DNA from: Felis catus | Taxonomy: Eukaryota | Direction of reading: 5' to 3' | DNA length: 64,000 bases | NCBI RefSeq assembly: GCF_018350175.1 | Contig: NC_058369.1 | Span: forward strand, 19,282,001-19,346,000 | Shown here: positions 60,426 through 64,000 of the stretch, in pieces | Numbering within the stretch: the stretch's first letter is position 1 | Layout of the letters: each line of letters starts with the position of its first letter | Notes under the pieces: generated by a model | What the model saw: the letters and a program-made list of their open reading frames with translations, nothing else | The model's database searches: none | What the model was told of the DNA's origin: nothing | Translations under genes and position numbers: made by a program

Positions 60426-63400
60426 GCCTGAAGCCTCAAAATCCCCAGCAGCTCCATAACTACCCCCGGGAGTCACCGCCATCTCATCAGTGAGGCACGG
60501 GTGCCTGTTAAATCCTGCAGCCTCAGTGAGGCTTTGCTTCAGGGTCTTGATTTCCCACTATATAAAGTCGGGATGATGATGATGCCCCCTCTGAGGGAAC
60601 TAGGACAGGGAGCAGGGCCTCCCCAGGCATTAGGGCCAACCCTGTGCATGGGCGGCCCCTAGGTTTGCAACTCCACAGCCCTGGGAGGGGCCTGAATGTG
60701 GAAGAAACCCTCTGTTTGTGGAGAAATGGGCATCCCTAATGTCTGGGGTTTATACCCAACACCCCTTTCTATTACCTGGTATTTTAGGGGCCATTTTGCT
60801 CAAACTGGGCAGGGGGTGGAGGGAATCACCCCTTCTGAACTCACATTTCTCCCCCGTGTGGATTTCTGTACACAGATGACACATGAAGGGTGGGGCTAGG
60901 GGCCCACCTGGCCCTTGTATAGATGACACATACACTTTCCTTAGCTGGAGCTGAGCCCAAAAGAGAACACGAGGGGTGCTGGCAGGTGGGAAACAGGGTG
61001 AGGAAGAGAGCATGGGGAATAGCAGTTGGTGTCGTTTGGTACCATGGGATACAGTGAGGATGCTTGGCCTTCCTGCCCTGGCTCATTGCCAGCTCAGCTC
61101 AGCCAAAAGGACTGTTTTCTGAGAGAGCCGTCTGTCGCCGGCTTGGCAGAGAGGCAGGCAGCAGGCCTGATGGCTGGGGCAGACTTCAGGCTGGGGAGGC
61201 CACCTGTCCTGTCCAGCCGGCTCCTCTGGCCTGGCCCAGCCTTCACAGTCTTCCTTTTAGGTTCCCAGACAGAGCTACCTCTCCCATCAGACCCCCCAGG
61301 GTAGAGCTGTGTCCGCCACTCCCAGACTCCCCAGAGTAGGACTGCTTCCTCCATTAGACTCCCAGGGCAGGACTCTGTCCTCCCACAGGTCCCGATGTTG
61401 GCATTGAGGCCTTGGGGCCAATGGCATCTCCTGCCTCTTCCACCCATGCCCTGGCCCAGCTCCTCCCTGGTGGCGGTTTAGATGGCAGATAATGCTGGCA
61501 CAGTGTGGTGGTGGTGCCAGGCACGGTGTCCAGCAGGCAGGCCATCTTCATCTACCCTAAGTGTTATAGGCACCAGAGCACCTGCTGTCTGTCTGCAGGG
61601 TCATGGGAGGTGCTGCCTGCTAACAAGGACCATGGTTTTCCTGGGGTCCAAGGGCTGTGGCTACAGGTTCCCTGCCTCTGCCGCAGCCAGTATGTGGGGT
61701 CATGGCCTGAGACTAAGAGGGGAACTGGGGGCCTTCACATCCAGACACGGCTCCCTCATTCTCTTACCTCAGCTCTGACCTTGCAGACCCCAGGATCCCC
61801 CAAGTCCCTGGGCTGGTGTAGATGGTATGTGTATACAGATGTGGCTATACCACTGTCCATTTCTCAGAGGTCTGCATATAGACCTACTGTGTGCTGTTGA
61901 TACAGGGAGGGCCACGTCCTACTGATCGTGAAGTGGATTCCATGTGCCAAGCATCTTCTCTGTGCCCAGAACTGCCGGGTGCCATTCTCCCCATCTCAGA
62001 GGTAAGAAGACCGAGGCCCAGCTGCTCTTGGCCAAGTTGTCCACAGGGCACTCGACTGGGTACATGGACAGCTGGTGGGCAATACTGAATCAGGTCCAGC
62101 TGCTTCTGGCCTAGAGGAGCCTTGAGCGGGGCAGACAGATGAGCCCACTGGGATACTGGCCTGGGGCAGCGCGTGCCAATCCTAGGCTTAGAGACCAGAA
62201 AGAGGAGCCCGAGGGAGTTAACTGGAGAGGGAGAGGCATTGCTATTTTGAAGGAGGAGGAGAGGGTGTTACAGGGAGACGGCCGGGCGTATGTAAAGGGC
62301 CTGGGTTTGACACTGGGGTTGTGGCTCTCCTAGAGTGCTGGGAGGAATATGGCTCTTTGTCTGTACCTTCTGAAGGTCACTGGGAAGGACATGGTTTCAA
62401 GGGTGGGTGGTGTGCCTGCAAGGGACAAAAACACCATCCCTTTCCCAGCCTCAAGTCCCTGTGCCCCCCTGGCATGGACAGTCCCCACCTGCAGCTGCTG
62501 CCAGCTCTCACTGGCAGCCCAGGCAGGCATGGCTGGTGTGCCAGCTAATGGGCCCACCATTAGCACTTACGCCTTTCGTCCTGGCAGCTGGGGCAAGGCA
62601 ATGCTTCTGGTGAAGAACAGGGCCCTGACCCAGCAGCTGGGAAGCAGGGGGTGATTACAGCTTCACCCTGCTCAAGATATAGACAGACAGGCAGACTGAC
62701 GGACTGAGGGGGAGGTGGTGGTAAACACCAGCTGGCCTTGTGGTCACCCACAGCTGGGGGCATTCCAGGTCAAGCTGAGGGGAGGGGGCTGGCCAGAGCT
62801 CACTTCTGCCTCATACTAGGACAAGAGCACCCAGGGCCAGAGATGCACCCACACTGTCACCAACTTGGCATCTCTATGGCCTGACATGTGGACCTCCCCT
62901 TTCACACACCATGCCTGGGCCAGCAGGCAGCACCAAAGACCAGCTAGTCCTTTGCCAGACGGGGACACTGGAGCCCAGAGAGGGGCAAACCCTTGCTGGG
63001 CCCCACAGTTACTTAGTGTCTTAAGCAGTACTGGTCCCAGCACCCTCTGGATGCCCCTGAGACCTTGGCCTTCCTTCTTGGCAGGCCCCTGTGGTGCCCA
63101 CTCTGGCTTGGGATAAGCTCTTCCTGCCTCTGGGAGTAGCTGCAAATCAGAGGTCAGGAGTCTGGCAGGATGATCCTTGGAAATTTGGGGTCTTTTGCAG
63201 AATCAGGAAAAAAATAGGTTTGGGGCCGAGGCAGCCTCTTTGTCTCCTTGTTTGGGGCCTGGACTGGGAGGGAGAGAAAACCAGGCTGAGGGTGGGTCTT
63301 TTCATTCCATCATTCCCTCTTCCTTCACTCCCAGTCCTGTCTGCTCTGCATATAGTCCTGGGTGGGGAGGGAGGATGCAGGTATGTCAGAAGCAAAGAGC

Positions 63401-63746
63401 CGGAGCAAGAGCCGAGGGTCCTGGATACCCAGAAAGTGGAGGAGCTGATGGCCGGGGCATGGGAGAGGCCTCACTAAGAAGGAACAGACAAGCCGGGCCT
63501 CCAGGAGGAACAGAAGGCATCGGGCAGAGATTGGGAATGGGTCTGGAGTGAGGTGTTCAGTGTGGCTGGGGGATAGGAGGAGTTGGGTGATGAATGAGGA
63601 TGACAAGGGGACAGGAACAGTCAGATCCTGGGACCCTGAGCACAGGCTGAGGGCTGGGTCCTGCAGAGGAGTTACCAGAGTGGGGGCTGTTTGCAGGCGG
63701 GGGCATGGTCTGAGTGGTAGGTGCCAGTGGCTACCACCAAGTATAT

Positions 63747-63971
63747 TTCTTTTTTTTTTTTTAATTTTTTTTAACGTTTATTTATTTTTGAGACAGAGAG
63801 AGACAGAGCATGAACAGGGGAGGGGCAGAGAGGGAGACACAGAATCTGAAACAGGCTCCAGGCTCTGAGCTGTCAGCACAGAGCCCGACGCGGGGCTTGA
63901 GCTCACGGACCGTGAGATCATGACCTGAGCCAAAGTCGGCCGCTTAACCAACTGAGCCACCCAGGCGCCCC
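63747..63971 (-). mobile_element. Felid-type CAN-SINE (SINEC_Fc-like), young
   Basis: Full-length reverse-complement copy, closely similar to 60203-60425. TSD core GTATATT on both flanks. Confidence 0.93.
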
Positions 63972-64000
63972 TACCGTGTATATTCTGATCAAGGGGCTGA

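Noticed and set aside
57638-64000. CACNA2D2 exon 4 ([20 protein letters not shown])
   Set aside because: Not found in readable sequence; it lies beyond the window or in the gap at 59234-59453, so it is not annotated.

Overview
Mammalian genomic DNA, syntenic with the human 3p21.3 (LUCA) tumour-suppressor cluster. The species is a carnivoran, most likely a felid, judged from SINEC_Fc-type CAN-SINEs. In order along the window: TUSC2 (-), RASSF1 (-, with both the A and C first exons), ZMYND10 (-), NPRL2 (-), CYB561D2 (+), TMEM115 (-), and the 3' part of CACNA2D2 (-, exon 5 to the last exon in a 39-exon numbering). I rebuilt exon structures by hand from GT-AG boundaries and reading phase. The six complete genes give intact ORFs: TUSC2 110 aa, RASSF1A 340 aa, RASSF1C 272 aa, ZMYND10 440 aa, NPRL2 380 aa, CYB561D2 222 aa, TMEM115 351 aa. 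Eight N-gaps of 156-277 nt lie in or next to CACNA2D2. One covers almost all of exon 11, and two others are inferred to hide exons 24 and 25. There is no CRISPR array, rRNA or true tRNA, and I found no evidence for a wholly new gene system. The best leads are regulatory: apparent loss of the 'CPA' splice acceptor in CACNA2D2; a doubled 12-bp AT palindrome in its 3'UTR; an ATF4/ETS/CRE/TEAD motif cluster in a RASSF1 intron; an Arg-rich uORF upstream of NPRL2; paired face-to-face poly(A) signals at two gene ends; and the ZMYND10 3' end overlapping the RASSF1A promoter at a (GAC)7 repeat. Gene and repeat-family identifications rest on recalled orthologue and consensus sequences, not on database searches.
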